Positions 24,591 to 34,096 of a DNA stretch of 64,000 nt are shown here, in pieces. Position numbers and translations under genes: made by a program. This DNA comes from a virus. The stretch is taken from positions 12,759 to 76,758 of IMG/VR virus record IMGVR_UViG_3300023174_000140, one strand, 5' to 3'. Numbering within the stretch: position 1 is the stretch's first letter; every line of letters starts with the position of its first letter. The notes under the pieces are model-generated. The model saw nothing but the letters and a program-made list of their open reading frames with translations, searched no databases and had not been told where the DNA came from.

Positions 24591-26618
24591 ATGAAAATAA
24601 ACCTACTAAAAAGGTTACTAAAAAACACAGCCGCAAAATTAATTGCGGCTTTTTTAATGTCTGGAGCTGTTCAAGAATCTCAAGCAGTAAATTTCTTATG
24701 GAATAATACTGGCACACAATGGACATCTCCAACTAGCTGGACAAATAACGCTCAACCAACCTCTACCACTACAACTGGTACAGATGTTGTTCAGTTTAGT
24801 AACTATGGTGCAAATTTTAATACTGTAGATTTAACTTCTACAAGAACAGCTCAAAAACTTGAGTTTTTTAGTGGAGCAAATGCTTATACATTTACAACTG
24901 CAAGCAGTAAGCTACTTGAAACAGCATCTGGCGGAATCACTAACGCTTCATCATCTATACAAACTTTTAATTTACGAGTTAATAATAGCGGTGGCAATTA
25001 TACTTGGTTTACAGCTAGTGGAGGAGGTCTTACGTTTAATCAACAAGTAGGATTAACCACAGATGCGTCTAGTACTTCTAGGACTCTTACTCTTGCTGGA
25101 GATGGTGCATATATATTTAATAATAACCTTATAAACAATGGTACAAGTTTAGCTCCTGCTGCTAAAGTAATTTATACAGGTAATGGCAGTATTACATTTA
25201 ATGGTACAAACGTAATTGGAGGTTCTGGTGGAGGTGGTTTTGATATAACAGGAAGTGGCACTGTTAATGTAAATGGTGGAACTGGTGTTGGACAAGGATT
25301 GGTAACATTAGGTGGAGCAAGTGGAACAACAAATGTACCTATATTAAAAATTAATACTGCAAATGGTTTATCTACTCTTAGCAGCTTGAAGGGATCAACT
25401 AGTTTATCTACAATGGGAACGCTAGATTTGCTAGGATCAAATCCTGATGCTGTTACTACTTTTATCATGAATCAGTATCAAGGCAATAATATGAATTTTA
25501 CAAATCATGGCGGAGGTAAAACATTGCTTCAATTTACTAATTCTGCTAATACATTAACTGTATCTACTGGTAATAGTGGTGGCAGAAGGATGTTCAACAA
25601 TAGTACAAACTTACTAGTGCAATTTGATGGTACATTAGATGTTGGATCTACTACAGCAGATTATAATGTTGTTGGAGGTATTGGAGATTTCTTATTTAAA
25701 GGATCTTTGCTTAATACTGGTTCTGCAATCAGAGGGCTTACAAAAACAGGATTAGGAACAGTAACTCTAGAAGGAGTTAATTCTTATAATGGAGATACAA
25801 CAGTACAAGAAGGAAAATTACTAGTTAATACAACTGGTTCTATATTATCAAGTTCTGCTATAGTTTCTGGAGGAACTCTTCAAGTCAAAGGAGTTGCAGG
25901 TGGAGTAACTCTAAATAGCGGAAATTTACTTGTAGATAATGGTGGTACAGTTGGATCTACAACAGTTGGAGGTGGTACTCTATTAGTTTCTGGTACAGCT
26001 GGAACAACTATAGTTAATGCTGGAACAGCTACAGTAAATTTAGGTGGCACTATTGGAAGTACCACAATTAATGGAAGTTTACTTTCCGTAAATGGACGCG
26101 CAGGAGATGTTATAGTAAATACAGGAGGTACATTAGGTGGCTCTGGTAGTGTGCAAGGCTTGACTTTAAATGGTGGTATTGTGGCCCCTGGCAATAGCCC
26201 TGGTCTGCTTACTGCTTATGATTTAAATGGAAGCAACGGAACATTTGCATTCCAAATAGGCGCGCCCACTACTAGAGGAGTCACCTACGACGCTATCAAT
26301 GTTACTAATTTATTAACTTTTGGATCAAATTCAAATTTTACATTTGAAGTATTAGATACTTATAATTTCTCTAGTGGAGATTCATATGATCTATTTAACT
26401 TTGGAAGTATTGATGCTACAAATTTTGATATAACAAAACTAGATATTGCATTACCAACTTTAAATTCAACTGATCTAAGTTGGAATACTAGTTCATTTAC
26501 AACGGATGGAATAGTTAGCGTTGTTGCTAATGTTCCAGAACCATCTGCGATACAATTATTTGGAATTGGTTTGATTTCTCTACTTGCTTGTCGTAGAATA
26601 TCTAAAAGAAATGGATAA
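24591..26618 (+). CDS. PEP-CTERM surface protein with autotransporter-associated beta-strand repeat
   Basis: Signal peptide; LTKTGLGTVTLEGVNSYNGDTTVQEGKL repeat; APGNSPG; C-terminal VPEPS-TM-RR. Confidence 0.9.
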   Translation: MKINLLKRLLKNTAAKLIAAFLMSGAVQESQAVNFLWNNTGTQWTSPTSWTNNAQPTSTTTTGTDVVQFSNYGANFNTVDLTSTRTAQKLEFFSGANAYTFTTASSKLLETASGGITNASSSIQTFNLRVNNSGGNYTWFTASGGGLTFNQQVGLTTDASSTSRTLTLAGDGAYIFNNNLINNGTSLAPAAKVIYTGNGSITFNGTNVIGGSGGGGFDITGSGTVNVNGGTGVGQGLVTLGGASGTTNVPILKINTANGLSTLSSLKGSTSLSTMGTLDLLGSNPDAVTTFIMNQYQGNNMNFTNHGGGKTLLQFTNSANTLTVSTGNSGGRRMFNNSTNLLVQFDGTLDVGSTTADYNVVGGIGDFLFKGSLLNTGSAIRGLTKTGLGTVTLEGVNSYNGDTTVQEGKLLVNTTGSILSSSAIVSGGTLQVKGVAGGVTLNSGNLLVDNGGTVGSTTVGGGTLLVSGTAGTTIVNAGTATVNLGGTIGSTTINGSLLSVNGRAGDVIVNTGGTLGGSGSVQGLTLNGGIVAPGNSPGLLTAYDLNGSNGTFAFQIGAPTTRGVTYDAINVTNLLTFGSNSNFTFEVLDTYNFSSGDSYDLFNFGSIDATNFDITKLDIALPTLNSTDLSWNTSSFTTDGIVSVVANVPEPSAIQLFGIGLISLLACRRISKRNG

Positions 26619-26880
26619 TCAATTGAGAAATATATTATTGAATAATTATGAAAAGAGTCTTCCATCCAAAAGGGATACAGAAGACTTTATAAGTAATTTT
26701 CGTCAATATAGAATTAAAAAGAAAGCACAAGAAAAAACGCATTATGGATTAGTTTTTGCTTGCATTTTAGTATTAACTATGATAGGATCAATTGTGGCCA
26801 AACAAACTAAAAATAATTTAGATATACAAACCGCAGCTGGATTAGAAAAATGCAATACGCAACTCATGGAAAAAAAGTAG
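26611..26880 (+). CDS. single-pass membrane protein (anti-sigma-like topology)
   Basis: Short helical N-terminal domain followed by one TM. Confidence 0.45.
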   Translation: MDNQLRNILLNNYEKSLPSKRDTEDFISNFRQYRIKKKAQEKTHYGLVFACILVLTMIGSIVAKQTKNNLDIQTAAGLEKCNTQLMEKK

Positions 26881-27064
26881 TCTTTGAAGGAGATGTCAAA
26901 GAAGTATCTAATTGGGTAAATAAAAACGTTGGAGATCATCAAACAGTATCACTAAAAGAATATTTTCAAGATGATATTTTTGGGGTATATAAAAATGGCG
27001 AAGAAAATTATAGATACTATTATCAATGTTTGGGCCATGGAAGATATTCAATTTTCATAATACA

Positions 27065-27379
27065 ATGAAATCTTTTATTAGATTAGAGATGTTGTTTTAT
27101 TTTATGCTATTTCCAATAGGTGCTGTTTGTGCATTTTTCTATACAAAAAATGTTGGACCTATAAAGCAATATAATCTTGGTCTTGATTTTGAATATGTGC
27201 CAGTTGATGAAGGCTCATCTTTTATATGTAGAGCAGAACCAATAGGCGAAAATAGTCAACCTTGGATATTAAGCTTGCAACCAAAACCAAAACCAGTTAT
27301 AGACACAAATGAACATTATATATGCATAGGCTATATGAGAAAAAGAATAAGATTAAAACCAAATTTATGCACAAATTAA
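27065..27379 (+). CDS. membrane-anchored hypothetical protein
   Basis: N-terminal TM; ATGA coupling. Confidence 0.5.
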   Translation: MKSFIRLEMLFYFMLFPIGAVCAFFYTKNVGPIKQYNLGLDFEYVPVDEGSSFICRAEPIGENSQPWILSLQPKPKPVIDTNEHYICIGYMRKRIRLKPNLCTN

Positions 27380-27816
27380 TATATATACTATTAGTCACAA
27401 TTTTAATTCAAACTTCTTATGCCGAGGATAAAATCAAAATATCAATCAACAAAGATAAAAATGGCAAGATAACCTTAATTAGTTCTGGACATTCAGTTCC
27501 AATATCTTTTGATATTATGGGCAAAAGTTATGATGTTCCAGCTGGTGGTGGATCAGTAGAAGTTGAATCAAAAGAATTAGATAATAAAAAAGAACAAGTG
27601 CCAAAAGAGGAAAAGAAAGATGAAGCATCAAATTTAGCAAAAGAAGAGACTGCCGCGAATAATGATCAAGCTCAAAAGATGAAAGACTTCAATCAAAACC
27701 AAGAACAACAACAGCAAACTCAAAAACTTCAACAAGCTATACAACAACAGCAAAATGAAAAGAATGTTCCACCAGTAAATTCAAATCCAAACCCTAAAGA
27801 AGCAACTCCTATTTAA
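27367..27816 (+). CDS. secreted protein with Q-rich C-terminus
   Basis: MHKLIYILLVTILIQTSYA signal peptide. Confidence 0.55.
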   Translation: MHKLIYILLVTILIQTSYAEDKIKISINKDKNGKITLISSGHSVPISFDIMGKSYDVPAGGGSVEVESKELDNKKEQVPKEEKKDEASNLAKEETAANNDQAQKMKDFNQNQEQQQQTQKLQQAIQQQQNEKNVPPVNSNPNPKEATPI

Positions 27817-27834
27817 TATGGTGTAAGCCCATAT

Positions 27835-28101
27835 ATGGTAATTAAAATTAAGAACTGGTGGAAAGATTTAAAATCTTATGATAGGTTTTTCTTTATCTCA
27901 TTCGTTCCTGCAATGCTTTTCACACTTTGGGGGCTAAGTGACCTTTATATTAATTACTTTGATTTATTAAGTAGAGAAGATCACCTTCAATTCTTTCTTA
28001 GGATATTCTTTCCAATATCAGTAGCTACTTTAATAACAGTATTAGAGCGCAATAAGAGACAAAAACTAATAAAAGATATAAAAAACTATTTAAAACAGTA
28101 G
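27835..28101 (+). CDS. two-TM membrane protein
   Basis: Two hydrophobic helices; GTGTAAG-N7-ATG. Confidence 0.6.
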   Translation: MVIKIKNWWKDLKSYDRFFFISFVPAMLFTLWGLSDLYINYFDLLSREDHLQFFLRIFFPISVATLITVLERNKRQKLIKDIKNYLKQ

Positions 28102-28114
28102 TGTAATCTACTTT

Positions 28115-29422
28115 ATGGCTTTTACAGTTAAAAAACAAGGAAAGTTAAATTTTAAAAAAAATAAAACTTTTAAGATTCTAAGAACAGCAGAGTCATTTCT
28201 TCCATCAAGTTTAGGTGGATTAGCTCTTTGGTTAAAAGCGGATACTGGGATTACATTACAAACTTATATATCTCAAGTTGTTCTAACTTGCACTGGAGGA
28301 CTTTCAAGTTTTTCTGGAACATACATAGCCAATGGATTCCCAGATGCTGGTAATAACTATTCTTTGAGTTGCCCTGCAAATGGTAAATCAATAACTTGTG
28401 AAGAAGGAAGATTCTATCTTGACCAAAATTCTAATGTGGATTCTTATGATTGCATTAATTGGAATTTAAATAATCAGATTACAGTTGGTATACATATTAA
28501 TGGTGGAGATATTCCTGAGGAATTAGGGGGTAATTATTATCTAAATGAAAGGTCTGCAGGATATTCAGATATGATTAATGGTAGTGGGGGAAATATACAA
28601 GGAAGCCTTGGAAATTGGAGTTTATACGATACAGCTACATTTACTCTTCAATACTCTAACTCATCTACTTATGGAGATGGACAATGGACAAACGAAGCTG
28701 GAGGTGGAGAGCTCTATGGATCGTCAGTTATATTAGATCCAGATGGTACGATATCTGGTACTGTTACAAGATCTATTAACTATGGATATCAAACTGTAAT
28801 TGAATGGGCAGATCAAAGTGGAAATGATAACAATATGATTGCAGATTCTGGATCTGAACCCACATTTATTAGCAGTGAATTAAATGGGAAACCAGTTATA
28901 GATTTTGCAACAAACAAGTATTTAACCGCATCATTTTCCTCAACCAATTTTACACAGGAAACTGTATTTGTTGTATTTAAGTTTGTTTCGGAAAATTTAA
29001 GTACTTATGCAAGGCCATTCTCGCAAAGTAATATAGACTACAATGATTACCAAACACCAGGAAACCTTTTGCCACTTATGCGGAAAGATGGGACAGATGA
29101 TATGTGGTGTTATAGTCCTCAAGATGATACATTTCTAGCTAGTCTTCCAACATCTAACAATACTTGGTATATTTCAACAACAAAAACAAATGGAAGTAAT
29201 GGTTCTTTTTTGCTTAACGGAAGTAATGAGCAATCGTTTTCAGCAGAATTCAATGCAGATATTACAAATATGAGAATTGGTGGATCTATATTTGAAGGTG
29301 GATCTTTCAACGACCCATTCAATTCTAAAATAGCCGAAGTAATTGTTTACAATAGAGATTTAACAACCCAAGAACGCCAGCAAGTTGAAGCTTATTTAAA
29401 CCAAAAATATCAAATTTATTAA
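28115..29422 (+). CDS. LamG/ConA-like domain virion or adhesin protein
   Basis: LALWLKAD...WADQSGN...IAEVIVYNRDLT..ERQQVEAYL..KY. Confidence 0.75.
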   Translation: MAFTVKKQGKLNFKKNKTFKILRTAESFLPSSLGGLALWLKADTGITLQTYISQVVLTCTGGLSSFSGTYIANGFPDAGNNYSLSCPANGKSITCEEGRFYLDQNSNVDSYDCINWNLNNQITVGIHINGGDIPEELGGNYYLNERSAGYSDMINGSGGNIQGSLGNWSLYDTATFTLQYSNSSTYGDGQWTNEAGGGELYGSSVILDPDGTISGTVTRSINYGYQTVIEWADQSGNDNNMIADSGSEPTFISSELNGKPVIDFATNKYLTASFSSTNFTQETVFVVFKFVSENLSTYARPFSQSNIDYNDYQTPGNLLPLMRKDGTDDMWCYSPQDDTFLASLPTSNNTWYISTTKTNGSNGSFLLNGSNEQSFSAEFNADITNMRIGGSIFEGGSFNDPFNSKIAEVIVYNRDLTTQERQQVEAYLNQKYQIY

Positions 29423-29542
29423 TATTACTTAACTCTCTCTACTAAATACCATATATAAATTAACACAGCAAAGCAAACTAAAGTAGTAGAAATAATCATA
29501 TATATTCTTACACTAGTATTAAAAACATGTGTAATAACATAC

Positions 29543-30208
29543 ATGCCGATTCCCCAGCCCAAGGATAACGAAAAACAAAACGACTACATGGATCGTTGCA
29601 TGCACAAAGTTAATAAAGATAATCCTAAAATGGAAAATAAGCAACAAGTCGCAATTTGCTTAAATACTTATAACAACCCAAAGAAGAAAAGCAAAGCAAA
29701 CGAAATTGAAGTAGACATGAGTGAAGATATCAAAAACTTGAATAAACAACAAGAAGTAAAGGTTGAAGCGCCAACAGCACCAGAAGTTAAGGCTCAAGAT
29801 ATTACTGATATCCCAGATGATCAAAACACTGAGTCCTTAGATGGAGAAAAAATTCAAACAGCAATGCTTCAAATGCAAAAACAATATCAAATTTTTCATT
29901 GGCAAACAACTTCATTCTCACAACATAAAAGTTTTGGAAAAATTTACGAGAGCTTAGATGAAAGCATAGATACTTTTATTGAAACATACATGGGTAAATA
30001 TGGCAGAGTAATCGCCGCTTCTAAGTTTAATCTTGAAATGTCAAATTATTCTGATTTGAATTTTAGTACCGCAACAGATTCATATATTGAATTTTTGATT
30101 GGATTAAATGATATGTTTGATGAAACTCGAGATTCAGATTTATTAAATACACGAGATGAGATACTTGGCAGTTTAAATAGATTAAAATATCTATTGACAT
30201 TAAACTAA
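29543..30208 (+). CDS. ferritin/Dps-like (DUF5856-type) protein with N-terminal small module
   Basis: FHWQT.S..QHK.FG..Y..L...ID.FIE.YMGKYGR...DLLN.RDE.L..LN.LKYLLTL. Confidence 0.8.
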   Translation: MPIPQPKDNEKQNDYMDRCMHKVNKDNPKMENKQQVAICLNTYNNPKKKSKANEIEVDMSEDIKNLNKQQEVKVEAPTAPEVKAQDITDIPDDQNTESLDGEKIQTAMLQMQKQYQIFHWQTTSFSQHKSFGKIYESLDESIDTFIETYMGKYGRVIAASKFNLEMSNYSDLNFSTATDSYIEFLIGLNDMFDETRDSDLLNTRDEILGSLNRLKYLLTLN

Positions 30209-30239
30209 AAAATAATATATATCACCCTAATATATTAGG

Positions 30240-30911
30240 ATGCACGAAGTACTAGCAATTTCAGATATTCACCTTGGCGACAAAGATTGTCAAGCTAATA
30301 AATTACTTAAAGTCTTAAAAAAAGAAGAAGCAAAAACAATATTAATTGTTGGTGATCTTTTTGATCATCATAACTTAAATAGACTTAATAAAACTCATTG
30401 GAAAGTATTATCCAAATTAAGAAAATTAAGCAAAAAAAGCAAAATTATATATTTAATTGGCAATCATTGTTTTCTAAAAGCAGAGTTTATGAGTATTCTT
30501 CTTGGTTTTGATTGTAGAGATGAGTATGAATTTGATATAAAAGATAAGAAATTTATAGCAGTTCATGGTGATATATTTGATATATATTTTAGTAAATACA
30601 AAAGCATCACAGAATTTATAATTAAATTATATTATATTATTAGACACTATACGCCATTTGCGGATAATTTCTTTAAATTATTAAGAAAGAAAACAGAATC
30701 ATTAGGAGAAAAAACATCTAATATAAAAGAAAATGCTATTAAATACTGTAAATTTAATAACAAAGATTCAATTATTTGTGGTCATAGCCATAAACCAGAA
30801 CATGACTATAATAAATTTGAATATATTAATACTGGAAGTTTTTGTGAAGAAAAGGCTAGTTATGTTATAATAGATAAGAAAGGTAAAGCAAGTTTAATTT
30901 ATTTAGATTAA
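30240..30911 (+). CDS. calcineurin-like metallophosphoesterase (LpxH/YbbF-like)
   Basis: SDIHLG, GDLFD, GNH, HGD, CGHSH, YINTGS. Confidence 0.85.
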   Translation: MHEVLAISDIHLGDKDCQANKLLKVLKKEEAKTILIVGDLFDHHNLNRLNKTHWKVLSKLRKLSKKSKIIYLIGNHCFLKAEFMSILLGFDCRDEYEFDIKDKKFIAVHGDIFDIYFSKYKSITEFIIKLYYIIRHYTPFADNFFKLLRKKTESLGEKTSNIKENAIKYCKFNNKDSIICGHSHKPEHDYNKFEYINTGSFCEEKASYVIIDKKGKASLIYLD

Positions 30912-30939
30912 ATTCAAAATTAGTGGTATAATATTGTTA

Positions 30940-31377
30940 ATGAAAAGATATTGTGCTTCATGCGGATCGCCCACAGAATATACGATTAAAAAACCATTAT
31001 TTTGTTCAAGTTGTGCTAAACCATTTGATAAACTTGATGAAGCACCTACAAAACCAGTAGTACAAAAAGTATTAATGCAAAAAAAGACTATATCAAGTAA
31101 AAAATATATAGAAGATATAGATGCAGATGTTGACTCAGATACTGACACAGATCTTGATATGGAAGATGATGTGGATGTTCCTAATATATCTAAATTAGAA
31201 GTAGAAGCTGAAGATGAAACTCCTAAATCTAAAGGAATAAAAATAGGCTCACTTATGGGAACAAGTTCTACTCCATCAAAAAGGAGCAAGCAAACAAAAA
31301 ATAGTAAAACTTCAAAGAAACAAACTCTAGAAGATTTTTCTAAAGAAGCAGGTACATTAAGAAGATCCAGAAAGTAA
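30940..31377 (+). CDS. zinc-ribbon protein
   Basis: YCASCG...FCSSCAKP; acidic linker. Confidence 0.7.
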   Translation: MKRYCASCGSPTEYTIKKPLFCSSCAKPFDKLDEAPTKPVVQKVLMQKKTISSKKYIEDIDADVDSDTDTDLDMEDDVDVPNISKLEVEAEDETPKSKGIKIGSLMGTSSTPSKRSKQTKNSKTSKKQTLEDFSKEAGTLRRSRK

Positions 31378-32060
31378 TGAAATCTTCGAAAGCAAGTTTC
31401 GAGAGTAAAATTTCGGAGATAAATCAGGAAATTAATAAAAGAAAGCATAAGTGGAATCTAACTAGTTTAGCTTGGATGGACTTTAGTGATGTTTCTCAAA
31501 TTCTGAGAATACATATATATAAAAAATGGAATCTATATGATCCTAAAAAGCCATTAGCTCCATGGATAAACAGAATCGTCAGCAATCAAATTAAAAATCT
31601 TATAAGAAATAACTATGGAAATTATTCGAGACCTTGTTTAAAATGTGCAGCTGCAGAACAAGAAGATGGATGTAGCATATATGCTTCTCAATGTAGTAAA
31701 TGCCCACTTTATGCAAAATGGGAAAAAAGCAAAAAATCAGCCCACAACATTAAGCTTCCAGTTGCTTTAGAAAATCATACTCAAGAAGTTCATAATATAA
31801 TTGAAGATGAAATAGATATAGAAAAAACAGCTAAAAATATTCATGCAAAAATGCAGCAAGTCCTTAAGCCTATTGAGTGGAAATTTTATGATTTATATTA
31901 TATTCAACACAAATCTGAAGAAGATTCAGCAAAATCAATGGGATATAAGACAACAGAAAAAAATAGAAAAATTGGATACAAACAAGTCAAGAATCTCAAA
32001 AAATCCATTATGATAAAAGTTAAGAAATATTTATATAATGGAGACATAGATATTCATTAA
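31377..32060 (+). CDS. phage ECF-like RNA polymerase sigma factor with Cys-rich insertion (candidate late sigma)
   Basis: Region 2-like DFSDVSQ...YDP...PWINRIVSNQIKNLIR; region 4-like LKPIEWKFYDLYYI...SEEDSAKSMGY. Confidence 0.72.
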   Translation: MKSSKASFESKISEINQEINKRKHKWNLTSLAWMDFSDVSQILRIHIYKKWNLYDPKKPLAPWINRIVSNQIKNLIRNNYGNYSRPCLKCAAAEQEDGCSIYASQCSKCPLYAKWEKSKKSAHNIKLPVALENHTQEVHNIIEDEIDIEKTAKNIHAKMQQVLKPIEWKFYDLYYIQHKSEEDSAKSMGYKTTEKNRKIGYKQVKNLKKSIMIKVKKYLYNGDIDIH

Positions 32061-32061
32061 T

Positions 32062-33156
32062 ATGAGCGAAAATTTACCAGAGCTTACAGAAGAACAACAA
32101 TTAAATCTATTGAATGAATGGAATAATCGAGTAGATAATCCACCTTCATTAACTGAATTGGTTAAATTAGCTTTTGGTAGAGATGATCTTGATGGCAGAA
32201 GCAAAGAGGGTAAAGCTGTTAAACAATTCCTCGCAGCAAGACAGATTAAACCACGAAAGAGTCACGAATATCAAGCTAAAGGTCTTATAGAATTAACAGA
32301 AGATCAAAAAGAATACATTAGCAATAATTGCGCTACAATGACAGGAATTGAAATAGCTAAAATTTTATTTAAAAACGAATCATTAACAAATCTTTGCCAA
32401 GAAACTAGAAGCGTTCTTGATTATATGAAAACTATACCTAGTAATATCAAATATCTTAATGACGTAAATCAAAATGCTGCTACAGAAGTTTATAAAGCTC
32501 CGCGAAGCGAAGAAAGAATGATTGTCAAAATAAATAAATATATATTAGATGGAATTGATAAAGAAAAGATTACTCCAAGACAAAAAAAAGAAATAAATTC
32601 TTTGATTGGTTATATGAATACTTATAGATTTACTCATCAAATTAATCTTTATAGCGATGAAAATGATAGAGATCTTTTTGAAAGTAGTTTCGTTAGATAT
32701 ACTTATGATAAAAGTGATTTAACTCAAGAGGAAGTAGATCAATATATTGTATTAGCTACAGAAGTAGTAATATCATCTAGCATTCAACAAACAATTACAG
32801 CATTACAAGATCAAATAGATATAGCGACTCAAGAAGATGGTAAAATTCCAATGGCAGTAGTAGAAGCTAGTAGCACAGCAAGAAAAGAGTACAATGACTG
32901 CGTTAATCGTCAACAAAAATTATTACAAGATCTTAAAGTTAAAAGAAGCGAAAGACTTAGTAAACAAGTTAAAGAAAACGCCAGTATCTTAAATCTTGTC
33001 GAAATGTGGAAGCAAGAAGAGTCAAGGCAAAAACTATTAAAAATAGCAGAACTTAGAAAAAATAGTATTAAAAAAGAAATCGAACGACTTGGTTCAATGG
33101 AAGAATTAAAAGCTAGGATACTTGGAATATCAGAGGACGATATTTTAAACGGATAA
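32062..33156 (+). CDS. hypothetical protein, possible terminase small subunit
   Basis: HTH-like segment and C-terminal coiled coil; position upstream of TerL. Confidence 0.4.
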   Translation: MSENLPELTEEQQLNLLNEWNNRVDNPPSLTELVKLAFGRDDLDGRSKEGKAVKQFLAARQIKPRKSHEYQAKGLIELTEDQKEYISNNCATMTGIEIAKILFKNESLTNLCQETRSVLDYMKTIPSNIKYLNDVNQNAATEVYKAPRSEERMIVKINKYILDGIDKEKITPRQKKEINSLIGYMNTYRFTHQINLYSDENDRDLFESSFVRYTYDKSDLTQEEVDQYIVLATEVVISSSIQQTITALQDQIDIATQEDGKIPMAVVEASSTARKEYNDCVNRQQKLLQDLKVKRSERLSKQVKENASILNLVEMWKQEESRQKLLKIAELRKNSIKKEIERLGSMEELKARILGISEDDILNG

Positions 33157-33160
33157 ATTT

Positions 33161-34096
33161 ATGCCAGTTATATGTAAAGTAGATGGAAAAGAATTTCCAA
33201 CCGAGAAGGCATTACACATGTCACTCAAGGGTTATGGTTTGAATAAAGTTAAATATTATCAAACATATTTTGAAAGACGAGATTTACTAACAAATGAGCT
33301 TATTAATTTTAAGACTAAAGAGCAATATTTAAATAGCGATTTTAATGATAAGAATAATATGAAAAAATGGCTAAAGCAACAGCCAATTGAAAAAGCTCAA
33401 GAATATTGTAAGCAACTACTATCTAAAAGAAAAGATGATAAAAACTTAACCTATAGCCCTTCTCAAGTAGAGTTAAGAACTATTATGGCGCCATCTATAC
33501 TTTTCTACAATAAAATATTTAATGATTATTATGATGTATGCTCAAGCCTAGGACTAGAGAATAGATTCATACATCCAAATAATATAATAGATCAATTTAA
33601 AAATAAATTAAATAAGAAATCAATTATCTATGTTGATACAAGAGAACAAAGTTGGTTAAAGTTTGATACAAAGTTTGAGATTAAGACTTTACCATTTGGA
33701 GATTATTCTTGCAGTAACGATAATTGTAAATGCTTTATAGAAAGAAAAAGTTTAAGTGATTTCATTAGCACATTAAGTGTTAAAAACTTTGATAGATTTA
33801 AAAATGAAATAGATCGAGCAAAGAAAAGTGGAGCATATTTGATTGTTATAGTTGAAGAAAAATTATCTAACGCACTTAGTTTTCAATATCTTCCGCATAT
33901 TAGCAAAAAAATTAAAGCAACTCCAGAATATATATTTCATAATGTCAGAGAATTATTGCAAAACTATGATAACCTACAATTTTTATTTGTAGACGGAAGA
34001 GGAGAGATGACAAGAGTAATTGAATCTATTTTTACATCAAATTGTTTTTATAGACAAGTAGATCTTCAATTAGCTTATGACCTAAAACTATTATGA
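33161..34096 (+). CDS. ERCC4/XPF-family nuclease
   Basis: VDTREQ...GDY...IERKSLSDF. Confidence 0.85.
   Translation: MPVICKVDGKEFPTEKALHMSLKGYGLNKVKYYQTYFERRDLLTNELINFKTKEQYLNSDFNDKNNMKKWLKQQPIEKAQEYCKQLLSKRKDDKNLTYSPSQVELRTIMAPSILFYNKIFNDYYDVCSSLGLENRFIHPNNIIDQFKNKLNKKSIIYVDTREQSWLKFDTKFEIKTLPFGDYSCSNDNCKCFIERKSLSDFISTLSVKNFDRFKNEIDRAKKSGAYLIVIVEEKLSNALSFQYLPHISKKIKATPEYIFHNVRELLQNYDNLQFLFVDGRGEMTRVIESIFTSNCFYRQVDLQLAYDLKLL

Noticed and set aside
30903-31448. 181-aa minus-strand ORF and other antisense shadow ORFs (e.g. 604..855, 8544..8831, 25880..26194, 50430..50672)
   Set aside because: Antisense to recognisable genes; no independent signals.
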